Assembly: GCA_964510565.1 (NCBI GenBank)
Contig: CAZEBY010000007.1
Coordinates: forward strand, 2,511-66,510
Source: an uncultured Lachnospiraceae bacterium
GTDB taxonomy: Bacteria > Bacillota > Clostridia > Eubacteriales > Eubacteriaceae
Reading direction: 5' to 3'
Length of the DNA: 64,000 bases
The number at the start of each line of letters is the position of its first letter. The first letter of the stretch is position 1. Positions 50,047 through 59,734 of this stretch are shown here, in pieces. Under the pieces are notes generated by a model that saw only the letters and a list, made by a program, of their open reading frames with translations, was not told where the DNA came from and ran no database searches. The position numbers and the translations under genes are program-made.

Positions 50047-51048
50047 TTAGTCCAGTTTTTTCTGTTGCTCCCGCTTTTCAGCATCGAGATCATTCTGATG
50101 CGCAACGCGATCACAAAAAACCTGGGCGGAATGATAACCATACTGTTTGGTCCGATTGTTGATGGCGGCGGTTTCAATAATACAGGCCAGGTTTCGTCCA
50201 CCCGAAACCGGAATCATCACCTCCGGTACCTCAATCCCCAGGATATCAAGGGTTTGTTCATCCAGACCGAGGCGATCATAGGGGGAGCGTTCATCCCAGT
50301 TTTCCAGCCGAATGACCATATCAATTTCAACATCTTTTTTGACAGCCCGGGCGCCATACAGGGTTTTAACATCAATAATGCCAATGCCCCGGATTTCCAT
50401 AAAATGCTGGAGCAATTCCGGCGCTGTCCCCATCAGATGACCGTCGCGGATCCGCTTGACTTCAACAACATCATCAGCAATCAGACAATGGCCCCGTTTG
50501 ACAATTTCCAGCGCCGTTTCGCTCTTTCCAATGCCACTGGGCCCACTGATTAAAACCCCGACTCCAAAAACTTCCACCAGCACCCCATGCAAACTGATCC
50601 GCGGGGCTGACAGCTGATCCAAATAATTGACCAGTTCATAAAAGATCGTAGTGGTATGCTCTTTGCTCTTTAGCAGCGTCCGACCATATTTTTGGGCCGC
50701 TTCCTCAAACAGATGCGTCTCTTCCTGATCCCAGCAGACAATAAAACAAGGGAAATCATAAGAGAAAAAGTCATCGATCTTCTGCTTTCTAACTTTCGGA
50801 TCCAGATCCAGCAGATAAGCCACTTCCACCTTGCCGATCACCTGAACCCGATTGGCATCAAAATGCGCGTAATAACCATGAAGCTGCAGCCCCGGCCGAT
50901 TAATCCCGCAGCCAGCCAACTTCAATTCATCCGTTTGTGAATAGATTTTTTCCAGTTTGATATCCTTACAAAAATCTTTTAATTTTACTATCCCATTCAT
51001 ACTTCTATTATCTCTTTTCATTGATTTACTGCTGATTAATTTACTCAA
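50047..51048 (-). CDS. hprK: HPr kinase/phosphorylase
   Basis: NRPGLQL, HGVLVEVFGVGVLISGPSGIGKSETAL, LIADD, EIRGIGIID; start may be 51000. Confidence 0.95.
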   Translation of the reverse strand: MSKLISSKSMKRDNRSMNGIVKLKDFCKDIKLEKIYSQTDELKLAGCGINRPGLQLHGYYAHFDANRVQVIGKVEVAYLLDLDPKVRKQKIDDFFSYDFPCFIVCWDQEETHLFEEAAQKYGRTLLKSKEHTTTIFYELVNYLDQLSAPRISLHGVLVEVFGVGVLISGPSGIGKSETALEIVKRGHCLIADDVVEVKRIRDGHLMGTAPELLQHFMEIRGIGIIDVKTLYGARAVKKDVEIDMVIRLENWDERSPYDRLGLDEQTLDILGIEVPEVMIPVSGGRNLACIIETAAINNRTKQYGYHSAQVFCDRVAHQNDLDAEKREQQKKLD

Positions 51049-51091
51049 GTTATTCTACCTCAAAGTCTCTTTTGATAAAAGTTTTTTATGT

Positions 51092-52921
51092 TTAATTATG
51101 AAAATATTCAAAGACCGCCTGGGCTGTTTTCACCTGCATCCCCGGAACCGCCTGTATTTCTTCAAGGCTGGCTTTTTTGATTTTGTCCATCTGCCCAAAA
51201 TGGGCCATCAATGCTTCCCGGCGCTTTTTACCGACGCCGGGGATTTCCTCCAGCTGGGAGGCCAGCATTTCTTTTTTTCTTAAAATCTGGTGGTAACCTA
51301 AGGTGTAGCGGTGCACCTCTTCGGAAATTTCAAACAGAAAGACCCCCAGCGGGGTGGCTTTTTTGATCGGGTATTCGGTACCCTGATAAAAAATTCCCCG
51401 CAACCGGTGGCGATCATCTTTCACCAGTCCGCACACTGCGATCTCAACCGGATAAAGCGAGACAATACTCTCTGCCGCATTGACATGACCACTACCGCCA
51501 TCAATCATCATGATTTCCGGCAAGGGCAGGAAATTATTGCCCTCATGGGTTTTCATGGCCCGTTCCATCCGTCTGAAAATCATTTCCTGCATACTGGCAT
51601 AGTCGTTCTGACCTTCCACCGACTTGATCTTAAAGCGGCGGCAGGCTTTTCGGTTCAGTTTGCCATCGTCGAACACCACCATTCCCCCGACGTTATTGGT
51701 ACCGCCGATATTGGAAATATCATAGGCTTCAATGCGACCAGGCTGCCGGCTGATGCCCAGTAGCTCTTTAAGTCCATCCAAACGGCTTTTAGAGCGAATT
51801 TCTTTATCCCGTTTTTCCAGCAGCTGCTGTTTCAGTGCCAGATCGGCGTTGTCGGCCACCATCTCCAGCATTTTTATTTTCTGTCCCCGTTGGGGTGACA
51901 AGACCTCAATTTTTTTTCCAGCCTGATCCCCCAGCCACACTTCGATAACTTTTTTATCCTCCAGTGGTTCTTGTACGATAATTTCCCGGGGAATAAAGCC
52001 GCAACTGGCATAATACTGTTTAACAAAGCTTTCCAGCACTTCCCGGGGAGTGACATCGTCAATGTCTTCGAGAAAAAAATGATCCCGCCCCATCAACTTC
52101 CCTTCCCGGACATGAAAAACCTGGACACAACCAAGCCCCTCACTTACAGCCAAGCCAATAAAATCCTGGTCCTGCTGGGTGCTGGAACTGATTTTCTGCT
52201 TTTCGACGATGTGCTGAATCCCAACAATCTGATCGCGGTATTTTGCCGCCTCTTCATACTTCTGTTCTTGAGCCGCCGCCGTCATTTTTTCGTTCAGGTT
52301 TTTGAGCAGCTCCAGATGCCGACCGTTTAAAATATCCAGAATCGACTGAATGTCTTTGGCATACTTTGCTTTGGATACATTTCCCTGACAAGGTGCCTGG
52401 CACTGGCCAATGTGATAGTTTAGACAAGGTCGACCGGTCTTTCTACCATCGGCAACCTGACGGTTACAGGTTTTTAGCGGATAAATTTTTAAAATCGCTT
52501 CAATGGTATTTTTTACCGCATAGGAACTGGTAAAGGGTCCAAAGTATTTTGATCCATCTTTTTTATACTCCCGGGTCATCTGTATCCGGGGGTATTCCTC
52601 ATTCACGGTAAGCCGGATCCAGGGATAGCTTTTATCATCTTTGAGTAGAATATTATAACGGGGATGATGGGTTTTAATCAGATTGCATTCCAGAATCAGG
52701 GCTTCCATTTCCGAGTCGGTAACGATCGTCTCAATGGTTTCGATATGAGATACCAGAACTGCAGTTTTTGCGGTCAGCTGACTGGTCGAATGGAAGTACT
52801 GCCGAACCCGATTACGCAAATTAACGGCTTTCCCGACATAGATAATTTCGCCTTGTTTGTTTCTCATTAGATAGACCCCGGGGTTCTGGGGCAAATCCTT
52901 TAATTTCTCTTTATCATACAT
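51092..52921 (-). CDS. uvrC: Excinuclease ABC subunit C
   Basis: PGVYLM..IIYVGKAVNLRNRV (GIY-YIG), IEAYDISN, IDGG, HhH; true start ATG 52921. Confidence 0.96.
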   Translation of the reverse strand: MYDKEKLKDLPQNPGVYLMRNKQGEIIYVGKAVNLRNRVRQYFHSTSQLTAKTAVLVSHIETIETIVTDSEMEALILECNLIKTHHPRYNILLKDDKSYPWIRLTVNEEYPRIQMTREYKKDGSKYFGPFTSSYAVKNTIEAILKIYPLKTCNRQVADGRKTGRPCLNYHIGQCQAPCQGNVSKAKYAKDIQSILDILNGRHLELLKNLNEKMTAAAQEQKYEEAAKYRDQIVGIQHIVEKQKISSSTQQDQDFIGLAVSEGLGCVQVFHVREGKLMGRDHFFLEDIDDVTPREVLESFVKQYYASCGFIPREIIVQEPLEDKKVIEVWLGDQAGKKIEVLSPQRGQKIKMLEMVADNADLALKQQLLEKRDKEIRSKSRLDGLKELLGISRQPGRIEAYDISNIGGTNNVGGMVVFDDGKLNRKACRRFKIKSVEGQNDYASMQEMIFRRMERAMKTHEGNNFLPLPEIMMIDGGSGHVNAAESIVSLYPVEIAVCGLVKDDRHRLRGIFYQGTEYPIKKATPLGVFLFEISEEVHRYTLGYHQILRKKEMLASQLEEIPGVGKKRREALMAHFGQMDKIKKASLEEIQAVPGMQVKTAQAVFEYFHN

Positions 52922-53039
52922 AGACGTCAACCTTAATAAAATATTTTTTTGTAATTTTTTGTTTATTCGCCACCACATTTTGGTATAATAATAATACTTT
53001 TTTAAACATCCGATTATTATACAGAAAGGAAGTGTTACC

Positions 53040-53288
53040 ATGTTTGAAAAAATAACTGTAGATGGCCACAACACCCTGATTTCATTCGGTAATTTCGAAG
53101 TGAAGATTGTTCCGAAAATTTATGGTGGATTTACGCTGACAAAATCAATTAAAGACAATCCCTTTAAAATCATCGAAATACGTGAGATAAGACTTCCCCT
53201 ATCAGAAAAAGAAGTTTTAAAAGAAGCGAAAGATTTGTTAAAAAGAAAATATGAGTCCATTGACTTTAACAGCTATTGTACCACATAA
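53040..53288 (+). CDS. Small hypothetical protein (82 aa)
   Basis: AAAGGAAG RBS, upstream TG-TATAAT, own terminator at 53310-53350. Confidence 0.7.
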   Translation: MFEKITVDGHNTLISFGNFEVKIVPKIYGGFTLTKSIKDNPFKIIEIREIRLPLSEKEVLKEAKDLLKRKYESIDFNSYCTT

Positions 53289-53309
53289 ATCTTGAATTCA
53301 TCTTTTTTT

Positions 53310-53350
53310 GATCCAACTTGTTCCTTAAACGAGTTGGATCCGTTTTTTTA
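53310..53350 (+). terminator. Terminator after 82-aa gene
   Basis: gatccaacttgtt...aacgagttggatc + tttttt. Confidence 0.75.
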
Positions 53351-53422
53351 TTACGCTGATCGCCCAATCGAATGTATCATTCGTCATCGTTCCTTTAATT
53401 TCTAAAGTGTTTGTCAAATAAA

Positions 53423-53451
53423 TTGACATCGACCTTTATTGGGTGTACAAT
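53423..53451 (+). promoter_or_regulatory. sigmaA promoter of csp
   Basis: TTGACA-N17-TACAAT. Confidence 0.75.
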
Positions 53452-53583
53452 GAAAAAGAATTAAAGTGTATTTATTGATTTCACATATTTTTGCAAGTCA
53501 TTTTTACGTTGAGATGATTTGCAAAAATATGTGTTTTTGTTTTTGCATTACGATTTACAATTAATATTTAGGAGGTACCAAAA

Positions 53584-53784
53584 ATGAATAATGGTACAGT
53601 AAAATGGTTTAACGACGAAAAAGGTTTTGGTTTTATTTCAGTGGATGGCGGCAATGATGTCTTCGTACATTTCTCAGCAATTATCGCTGATGGCCGTAAG
53701 AGCCTGGTTGAAGGACAACGCGTTACCTTCGATACTGAAAAAACTGATCGTGGCTTACAGGCTACCAACGTTTTTCTTGCATAA
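53584..53784 (+). CDS. cspA: Cold-shock protein
   Basis: [15 protein letters not shown] (RNP1), DVFVHFSAI (RNP2). Confidence 0.95.
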   Translation: MNNGTVKWFNDEKGFGFISVDGGNDVFVHFSAIIADGRKSLVEGQRVTFDTEKTDRGLQATNVFLA

Positions 53785-53795
53785 TTAAGTTTTTT

Positions 53796-53832
53796 AAAAG
53801 CCCCTCCAGCTGTGCTGGTGGGGCTTTTTTTC
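53796..53832. terminator. Bidirectional terminator csp / feo operon
   Basis: aaaagcccc.ccagc...gctgg.ggggctttt. Confidence 0.8.
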
Positions 53833-53865
53833 TAACTCGCTACTTTACACCGTACCGACCAATTA

Positions 53866-54033
53866 TCAATCTTCATCTTTGGGCGGCGCAGATTTAAGAT
53901 GGCAGCCCGGGCAGCCGTCACCGCCTTTGCAGCCTTCGCAGGAAAAATCTCCAGCCTTCATTTTTTTAACTTTCTTGAAAATAATATAGCCGGCTGCGCC
54001 TAAAATTAATGCGGCTAAAATCCAGGTAATCAC
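53866..54033 (-). CDS. FeoB-associated Cys-rich membrane protein (55 aa; below ORF-track cutoff)
   Basis: Manual translation MITWILAALILGAAGYIIFKKVKKMKAGDFSCEGCKGGDGCPGCHLKSAPPKDED; GAAGGA RBS; directly after feoB. Confidence 0.85.
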   Translation of the reverse strand: MITWILAALILGAAGYIIFKKVKKMKAGDFSCEGCKGGDGCPGCHLKSAPPKDED

Positions 54034-54079
54034 TTTAATTCCTTCTTTCTTTTATTCAATGTATCCAATACGCTCGAAC

Positions 54080-56107
54080 TTAACCAAAAATCTGACTGCC
54101 AACCTGATAGATAATCAAGGCAATGGTATAGGCCAAACCGATTTGATAAACCAAAGCAAAGAGAAAATCCCGCCAGTTGCCCAATTCTTTTTTCATTGTG
54201 GCAATCGCAGCCATGCAGGGTGATGCCAGTAAAACAAAAATCACGAAGCTATAGGCCGACACCGGTGTAAAGATCAGACTGACGGCATCGGTAAAGCTGC
54301 CTTCCTGACCGGATAAGAGTACGCTCATGGTACTGATGATCATTTCTTTGGCAGCAATTCCGGTCAGCAGCGCCACTGAGGCGACCCAGTTACCAAAACC
54401 GAGCGGGATAAATATTGGCGCAATGATCTTGCCAAATGCAGCCAGAATGCTTTCGTCAGGTGTTTGCGCCATTTGTAGTACTGGGGTAAAGCTCTGTAAA
54501 AACCACAGCACCACAGAAGCCGCAAATATAATCGTTCCGGCCCGAACAATGAATTCCTTGGTTCGCTGCCAGACCTGGGTCGCCGTATTCTTTAGCTTTG
54601 GCAATCGCAACGGCGGAATCTCCAGCAGATATCCGGAATCTGCACCCTTAAACCAGGTCTTTGACAGGATAAATCCGGATGCGAAAACCACCGTTAAACT
54701 GACCAGATAAAGCGAGAATACCAACAGCGTCTGATACTCAACAAAAAACACCGATGCCATCAGAACATAAATGGGCATCTTGGCACCACAGGAGATAAAG
54801 GGTGTCAATACCGCCGTCAGCTTCCGTTCCCGTTCATTTTCCAGGGTCCGGGTCGCCATCACACCCGGCACCGAACAGCCCAATCCCACCACCATCGGAA
54901 TAAAGGATTTACCGGATAAACCAAAATGTCTAAAAATCCGATCCATGATAAAGGCCACCCGGGCCATATAACCGCTGTCTTCAAGAATCGAGATGAAAAT
55001 AAACAGCACCACCAGTTGGGGTACAAAGGTTAACACCGCGCCCACCCCGGTAATAATGCCGTCATTGATCAGGGCGATAATCCAATCCGCTGCCCCCAGA
55101 CCACCAAGGACGGCTGCCACAGTTACCATCAGCACATCATTGATAAACCACTCAATCCCACCGATGGTAATTTCACCCACCAGGGTAATTGAGACATAAT
55201 AAATCACAAACATGAAGAAAAAGAAAATCGGCAGCGCGGCGTAGCGGTTCATCAGCACCTGATCGAGTCTTTCCTGGAAAGGAATGCTCTGATCCTTGCT
55301 TTTTTTAGTTGCCTGGCTGATTCCAGCGGTGATAAAGCGATAACGATAATCAGCAATGGCACTATCGACATCATGATTTGACAAAACCTCGATTTTTTTT
55401 CTGACCATACCGATGTCTTCCAGTAAACCAGCATTCTTATCAATTTTTTGCAACACTTCTTCATCTTTTTCTATCAGTTTAATGACGCGAAATAACCGCG
55501 GATATTCAGACAAGACCGATGGATATTTATTTTGGAGGAGTGTATCAAATTCATTAAATAATGCCATAATTTCCGACGGAAAGATCTGCGGAAATTCTTT
55601 TAGTTTTTTAATTTCGATGGTTTTTTCGACCAGTTTGATCAATTCATCAATCCCGGTTTCCTTCTGGGCGGATATTTCAATAAAGGGATAGCCGAAGATC
55701 TTTTCCATCTCCCGGACATCGATCTCTACCCCCGTTTTCTTGACCACATCCATCATATTCAGGGCGCCCACCATGGGGCAGTTTAGCTCCATCAATTGGG
55801 TACTTAAGTAAAGGTTTCGTTCGATGTTGGAGGCATCAATGATATTGATGATCAGATCCGGCCGTTCATCCAGCAAAAAATTCCGCGAAACGATTTCGTC
55901 CATCGAGTAGGGCGCCAGTGAATAAATTCCCGGAAGATCCACCAACGTAATATCCTTGCTAGTGTTTTTCAGATCTCCCTCTTTTTTTTCAACCGTTACC
56001 CCCGGCCAGTTCCCGACATAGAGATTACTGCCGGTCAGACAATTGAACAGAGTGGTTTTTCCCGAGTTGGGATTTCCCACTAACGCAATTTTATATTTCA
56101 TTTTCAT
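54080..56107 (-). CDS. feoB: Ferrous iron transporter B
   Basis: GNPNSGKTT, NWPGVT, DLPG, NMMD, GYMARVAF, GCSVPG. Confidence 0.96.
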   Translation of the reverse strand: MKMKYKIALVGNPNSGKTTLFNCLTGSNLYVGNWPGVTVEKKEGDLKNTSKDITLVDLPGIYSLAPYSMDEIVSRNFLLDERPDLIINIIDASNIERNLYLSTQLMELNCPMVGALNMMDVVKKTGVEIDVREMEKIFGYPFIEISAQKETGIDELIKLVEKTIEIKKLKEFPQIFPSEIMALFNEFDTLLQNKYPSVLSEYPRLFRVIKLIEKDEEVLQKIDKNAGLLEDIGMVRKKIEVLSNHDVDSAIADYRYRFITAGISQATKKSKDQSIPFQERLDQVLMNRYAALPIFFFFMFVIYYVSITLVGEITIGGIEWFINDVLMVTVAAVLGGLGAADWIIALINDGIITGVGAVLTFVPQLVVLFIFISILEDSGYMARVAFIMDRIFRHFGLSGKSFIPMVVGLGCSVPGVMATRTLENERERKLTAVLTPFISCGAKMPIYVLMASVFFVEYQTLLVFSLYLVSLTVVFASGFILSKTWFKGADSGYLLEIPPLRLPKLKNTATQVWQRTKEFIVRAGTIIFAASVVLWFLQSFTPVLQMAQTPDESILAAFGKIIAPIFIPLGFGNWVASVALLTGIAAKEMIISTMSVLLSGQEGSFTDAVSLIFTPVSAYSFVIFVLLASPCMAAIATMKKELGNWRDFLFALVYQIGLAYTIALIIYQVGSQIFG

Positions 56108-56186
56108 TCCTCATTTCCCTTTTTCACTCAGATGCTGATTAACCTTTTAAATAACGAAACCACCTCAACAGGTGGTTTTGTATTTA

Positions 56187-56411
56187 TTACTGAACCATTA
56201 AAATATTTTCAGCATCTTTTTTCCGGAGGCTGAGAGAATATCCTCTCAGGCGAACCTCGATGGGATCGCCAAATGGAGCTGTTTTATTGACTTGAATCTC
56301 TACCCCTGGTGTTACACCCATGTCCATGAGTTTGCGTCGCATCAAGCCTTCTACCGCAATCGAACCGACACACGCTTTCTGTCCTGGTCTTAAATCTTTC
56401 AAAGTAAACAT
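56187..56411 (-). CDS. feoA: Ferrous iron transport protein A
   Basis: RKLMDMGVTPG, APFGDPIEV..RGY.LSLR. Confidence 0.95.
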   Translation of the reverse strand: MFTLKDLRPGQKACVGSIAVEGLMRRKLMDMGVTPGVEIQVNKTAPFGDPIEVRLRGYSLSLRKKDAENILMVQ

Positions 56412-56494
56412 AAACACACCTTCTATTCTTATGGTTTAAATTAAATGATCATCGTCATCATTTGTTAAAGATGACTTCCTTATTTGTTAGCTTC

Positions 56495-56530
56495 ATTATA
56501 CTCTAATTGAATATCATTGTCAATTAGAGT
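56495..56530 (-). promoter_or_regulatory. Consensus sigmaA promoter overlapped by a Fur-box-like palindrome
   Basis: TTGACA-N17-TATAAT exact; palindrome actctaattga-N9-tcaattagagt containing GACAATGATATTCAATTA; second similar site aaatgatgacgatgatcattt at 56443-56463. Confidence 0.8.
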
Positions 56531-56572
56531 CTGTAACTTTTTATGACTTTAAGCATTTTTTAAACGTATCTA

Positions 56573-56598
56573 AAAAAGAACGCTGAAACAGCGTTCTT
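56573..56598 (-). terminator. Terminator after uvrA
   Basis: aagaacgctg-ttt-cagcgttctt-ttt. Confidence 0.75.
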
Positions 56599-56735
56599 GA
56601 GGTTATCAATAAACCACCGTACCGACAATTGTTACATCATGTTGTGACCTAGGGGTCAGACCCTACGCATCGGAGCGGACACGGCATCGCCTGTCCGATT
56701 CCGCAGCGAACAACAGATTAACAATTGGTCGGTAC
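56599..56735. mobile_element. MITE-like rod-shaped element, copy B (with 19-bp insert)
   Basis: GAGGTTATCAATAAACCACC end + core 56619-56735 identical to 46770-46867 except insert GACCTAGGGGTCAGACCCT at 56646-56664. Confidence 0.75.
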
Positions 56736-56764
56736 GAGGTTATCTATTTTAGTTATTTTATCAA

Positions 56765-59572
56765 TTATGGTAAAATTTTCTTGAGATATTGGCCGGTGTA
56801 GGATTCGGGCACTTGGGCGATTTCTTCGGGAGTGCCGATGGCGATAATGGTGCCGCCGCCTTCGCCGCCTTCGGGGCCGAGATCAATGATATGATCGGCC
56901 ACCTTGATCATGTCCAGCTGGTGTTCAATGACGACCACGGTGCTGCCGCTGTCGGCCAGCCGCTGAATGACGTTGATCAGCTGATGGACATCGGCGATAT
57001 GCAAACCGGTAGTCGGCTCGTCGAGAACATACAGGGTTTTTCCGGTATTGCGCTTACTTAATTCCGTGGCCAGTTTAACCCGCTGGGCTTCGCCACCGGA
57101 TAGCTGAGTTGAAGGCTGTCCCAGTTTTACATAACTGAGGCCGACATCGTAGAGGGTTTGCAGTTTTTCTTTAATTTTGGGTATATTACCAAAAAATTCC
57201 AGGGCTTCCTCCACCGTCATATCCAGCACATCGGCGATGTTTTTACCCTTATATTTGACTTCCAGGGTTTCGCGGTTATAACGCTTGCCGCCGCAAACCT
57301 CACAGGGGACATAGACATCGGGCAAAAAATGCATTTCAATTTTGATGATCCCATCACCACTGCATTTTTCGCAGCGCCCACCCTTGACATTAAAACTGAA
57401 CCGGCCTTTCTGATAGCCTCTGGCCTTGGCTTCCGGGGTTTTGGCAAACAGATCCCGAACCAAATCAAAAACTCCGGTATAGGTCGCGGGATTGGAGCGG
57501 GGGGTTCTGCCAATTGGCGACTGATCGATGTCAATCACCTTATCGATAAATTCAACCCCGTCGATACGGGTGTATTTACCGGGTTTTTTCAGGCTGCGAT
57601 AAAGCCTCTGCGAAATTCCTTTATATAAAATCTCATTGATCAGCGTGCTTTTCCCGGATCCGGAAACACCGGTTACACAGATGAATTTCCCCAGCGGAAA
57701 ATCGACATCCAGATTTTTTAAGTTGTTTTCCCGGGCACCAACAATTTTTATAATCTCACCGCTGCCTTCCCGGCGCTTTTCCGGAATCGGGATAAAGCGC
57801 TGGCCACTGAAGTACTGGCCGGTGACCGATTCCGGCACGGCCATAATGTCTTCCAGACTTCCCTGGGCAACAATCTGGCCACCGTGAACCCCGGGCCCCG
57901 GACCGATATCGACAATATGGTCAGCGGCCTGCATGGTTTCTTCGTCATGCTCCACGACGATCAGGGAGTTCCCCAAGTCGGTTAAGCGCCGCAGGGTTTC
58001 CAGCAATTTCTGATTGTCCCGCTGGTGAAGACCGATACTGGGTTCATCCAAAACATAAAGGACTCCGACCAGCCCGGAGCCAATCTGGGTGGCCAGCCGG
58101 ATCCGCTGGGATTCGCCACCCGAAAGGGTGCCGGCATTTCGGGACAGGGTCAGGTATTCCAGCCCGACATTTTTAAGAAAATTGAGCCGGGCATCAATTT
58201 CTTTGAAGATCGATTCGCCGATCATCACTTCCCGCTCAGTCATAGTCTGAGTCTTAAAAAACTTAATCAATTCACCAATCGATAGATCAGTGATTTCGAT
58301 GATGTTCCGGTCGTGAATCGTCACCGCCAGACTGGTAGGATTCAACCGCTTACCGTGACAGGTGGGGCAGGGCGTCTCGGACATATAGCGTTCAATTAAC
58401 GACCGCATCCGCTCTGAGGTCGTTTCCAGGTAGCGCCGCTCCATGTTTTTAATCAGCCCTTCAAAGGTGGAACTATAGGTTCCTGAAAACTTGCCCTCAT
58501 AAGCAATTTCCAGAACCTCGTCACTGCCATACAGAAGCGCCTGCAAAAATGCTTCACTGGCCTCTTCCAAGGGCGCATCGATGGAGAACTGGTGTTTTTC
58601 GGCCAGCGCCTTGATCAGGTTGTAATAATATTTGGAATCGCTTTTTAAACCAAAAAACTTGATCGCCCCGTTGGCAATTGATAAGCTCTTGTCGGGGATC
58701 AGCAGATCGGGATCCACTTCCTGATGAAAACCCAAACCGTGACAATCCGGGCACATCCCAAACGGATTATTAAACGAAAAGGTCCGGGGCTCCAGTTTAT
58801 CCATCGCAATGCCGCAATCGGCACAAGCCAATTTTTCGCTGTAAAGCTGGGGCTCGCCGCCAATCACATCGCAAATCACCAGGCCGCCGGAAAGCTTCAG
58901 GGCTATTTCCAGCGAATCAGATAGTCTTTTACCAAGATTATCCTTGGCCACCAGACGATCCACCACCACTTCAATGCTATGCTTCTTATTCTTATCAAGA
59001 TTGATTTCGTCAGTGACTTCCATCGCTTCCCCATCGACAATGATCCGGACAAAACCCTCCTTTTTGATGTGTTCGATAATCTTTTTGTGCTGCCCCTTTT
59101 CCTTGCGGATTACCGGCGCCAGAATCTGAAACCGGGTTTTTTCCGGCAGCGCCAGGATGCTGTCGACAATCTGATCCACCGATTGCGATTTTACCACCTT
59201 GCCGCATTTGGGGCAATGGGGAATCCCAATTCGGGCGTAAAGCAGCCGCAGATAATCATAAATCTCGGTGACCGTCCCGACCGTTGAGCGGGGGTTGCGA
59301 TTGGTGGTTTTCTGGTCAATGGAAATCGCCGGCGATAACCCGTCAATGCTCTCGACATTGGGTTTCTGGGACTGACCCAGAAACTGCCGGGCATAGGAAG
59401 AAAGTGACTCCATATAACGACGCTGCCCTTCGGCATAAATAGTGTCAAAGGCCAGCGAGGACTTTCCCGAACCGCTTAGTCCGGTAAACACCACCAGCTG
59501 ATCCCGCGGTATTTTCAGGTTAATATTTTTTAAATTGTGCTCTTTGGCACCTTTAATTTCGATGTATTTCAT
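56765..59572 (-). CDS. uvrA: Excinuclease ABC subunit A
   Basis: GLSGSGKS, two ABC cassettes (LSGGE, LDEP), Zn fingers; start ATG 59572. Confidence 0.97.
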   Translation of the reverse strand: MKYIEIKGAKEHNLKNINLKIPRDQLVVFTGLSGSGKSSLAFDTIYAEGQRRYMESLSSYARQFLGQSQKPNVESIDGLSPAISIDQKTTNRNPRSTVGTVTEIYDYLRLLYARIGIPHCPKCGKVVKSQSVDQIVDSILALPEKTRFQILAPVIRKEKGQHKKIIEHIKKEGFVRIIVDGEAMEVTDEINLDKNKKHSIEVVVDRLVAKDNLGKRLSDSLEIALKLSGGLVICDVIGGEPQLYSEKLACADCGIAMDKLEPRTFSFNNPFGMCPDCHGLGFHQEVDPDLLIPDKSLSIANGAIKFFGLKSDSKYYYNLIKALAEKHQFSIDAPLEEASEAFLQALLYGSDEVLEIAYEGKFSGTYSSTFEGLIKNMERRYLETTSERMRSLIERYMSETPCPTCHGKRLNPTSLAVTIHDRNIIEITDLSIGELIKFFKTQTMTEREVMIGESIFKEIDARLNFLKNVGLEYLTLSRNAGTLSGGESQRIRLATQIGSGLVGVLYVLDEPSIGLHQRDNQKLLETLRRLTDLGNSLIVVEHDEETMQAADHIVDIGPGPGVHGGQIVAQGSLEDIMAVPESVTGQYFSGQRFIPIPEKRREGSGEIIKIVGARENNLKNLDVDFPLGKFICVTGVSGSGKSTLINEILYKGISQRLYRSLKKPGKYTRIDGVEFIDKVIDIDQSPIGRTPRSNPATYTGVFDLVRDLFAKTPEAKARGYQKGRFSFNVKGGRCEKCSGDGIIKIEMHFLPDVYVPCEVCGGKRYNRETLEVKYKGKNIADVLDMTVEEALEFFGNIPKIKEKLQTLYDVGLSYVKLGQPSTQLSGGEAQRVKLATELSKRNTGKTLYVLDEPTTGLHIADVHQLINVIQRLADSGSTVVVIEHQLDMIKVADHIIDLGPEGGEGGGTIIAIGTPEEIAQVPESYTGQYLKKILP

Positions 59573-59655
59573 ATTTATGTTTACTCTCTCCTTGTTAAAC
59601 CGCATGAATTCTGAAACGGAAAAACACCATTGTGTCATGGTCTGCTACATCTGCT

Positions 59656-59677
59656 GGCGGGACCTACCCGCCCCTAC
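59656..59677 (-). repeat. Single GTAG-type REP hairpin between uvrB and uvrA
   Basis: GTAG-GGGCGGG-TAGGT-CCCGCC, near-identical to 20966-20988. Confidence 0.7.
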
Positions 59678-59734
59678 GAATTTAAAAATAGCCAACATTT
59701 ATTTAATGTCTTCTCGCCATAACAACAGCTGGTA

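Noticed and set aside
52922-53074. N-terminal extension of uvrC and a LexA box before uvrC
   Set aside because: Extension overlaps the divergent gene and its promoter; no GAAC-N4-GTTC found there
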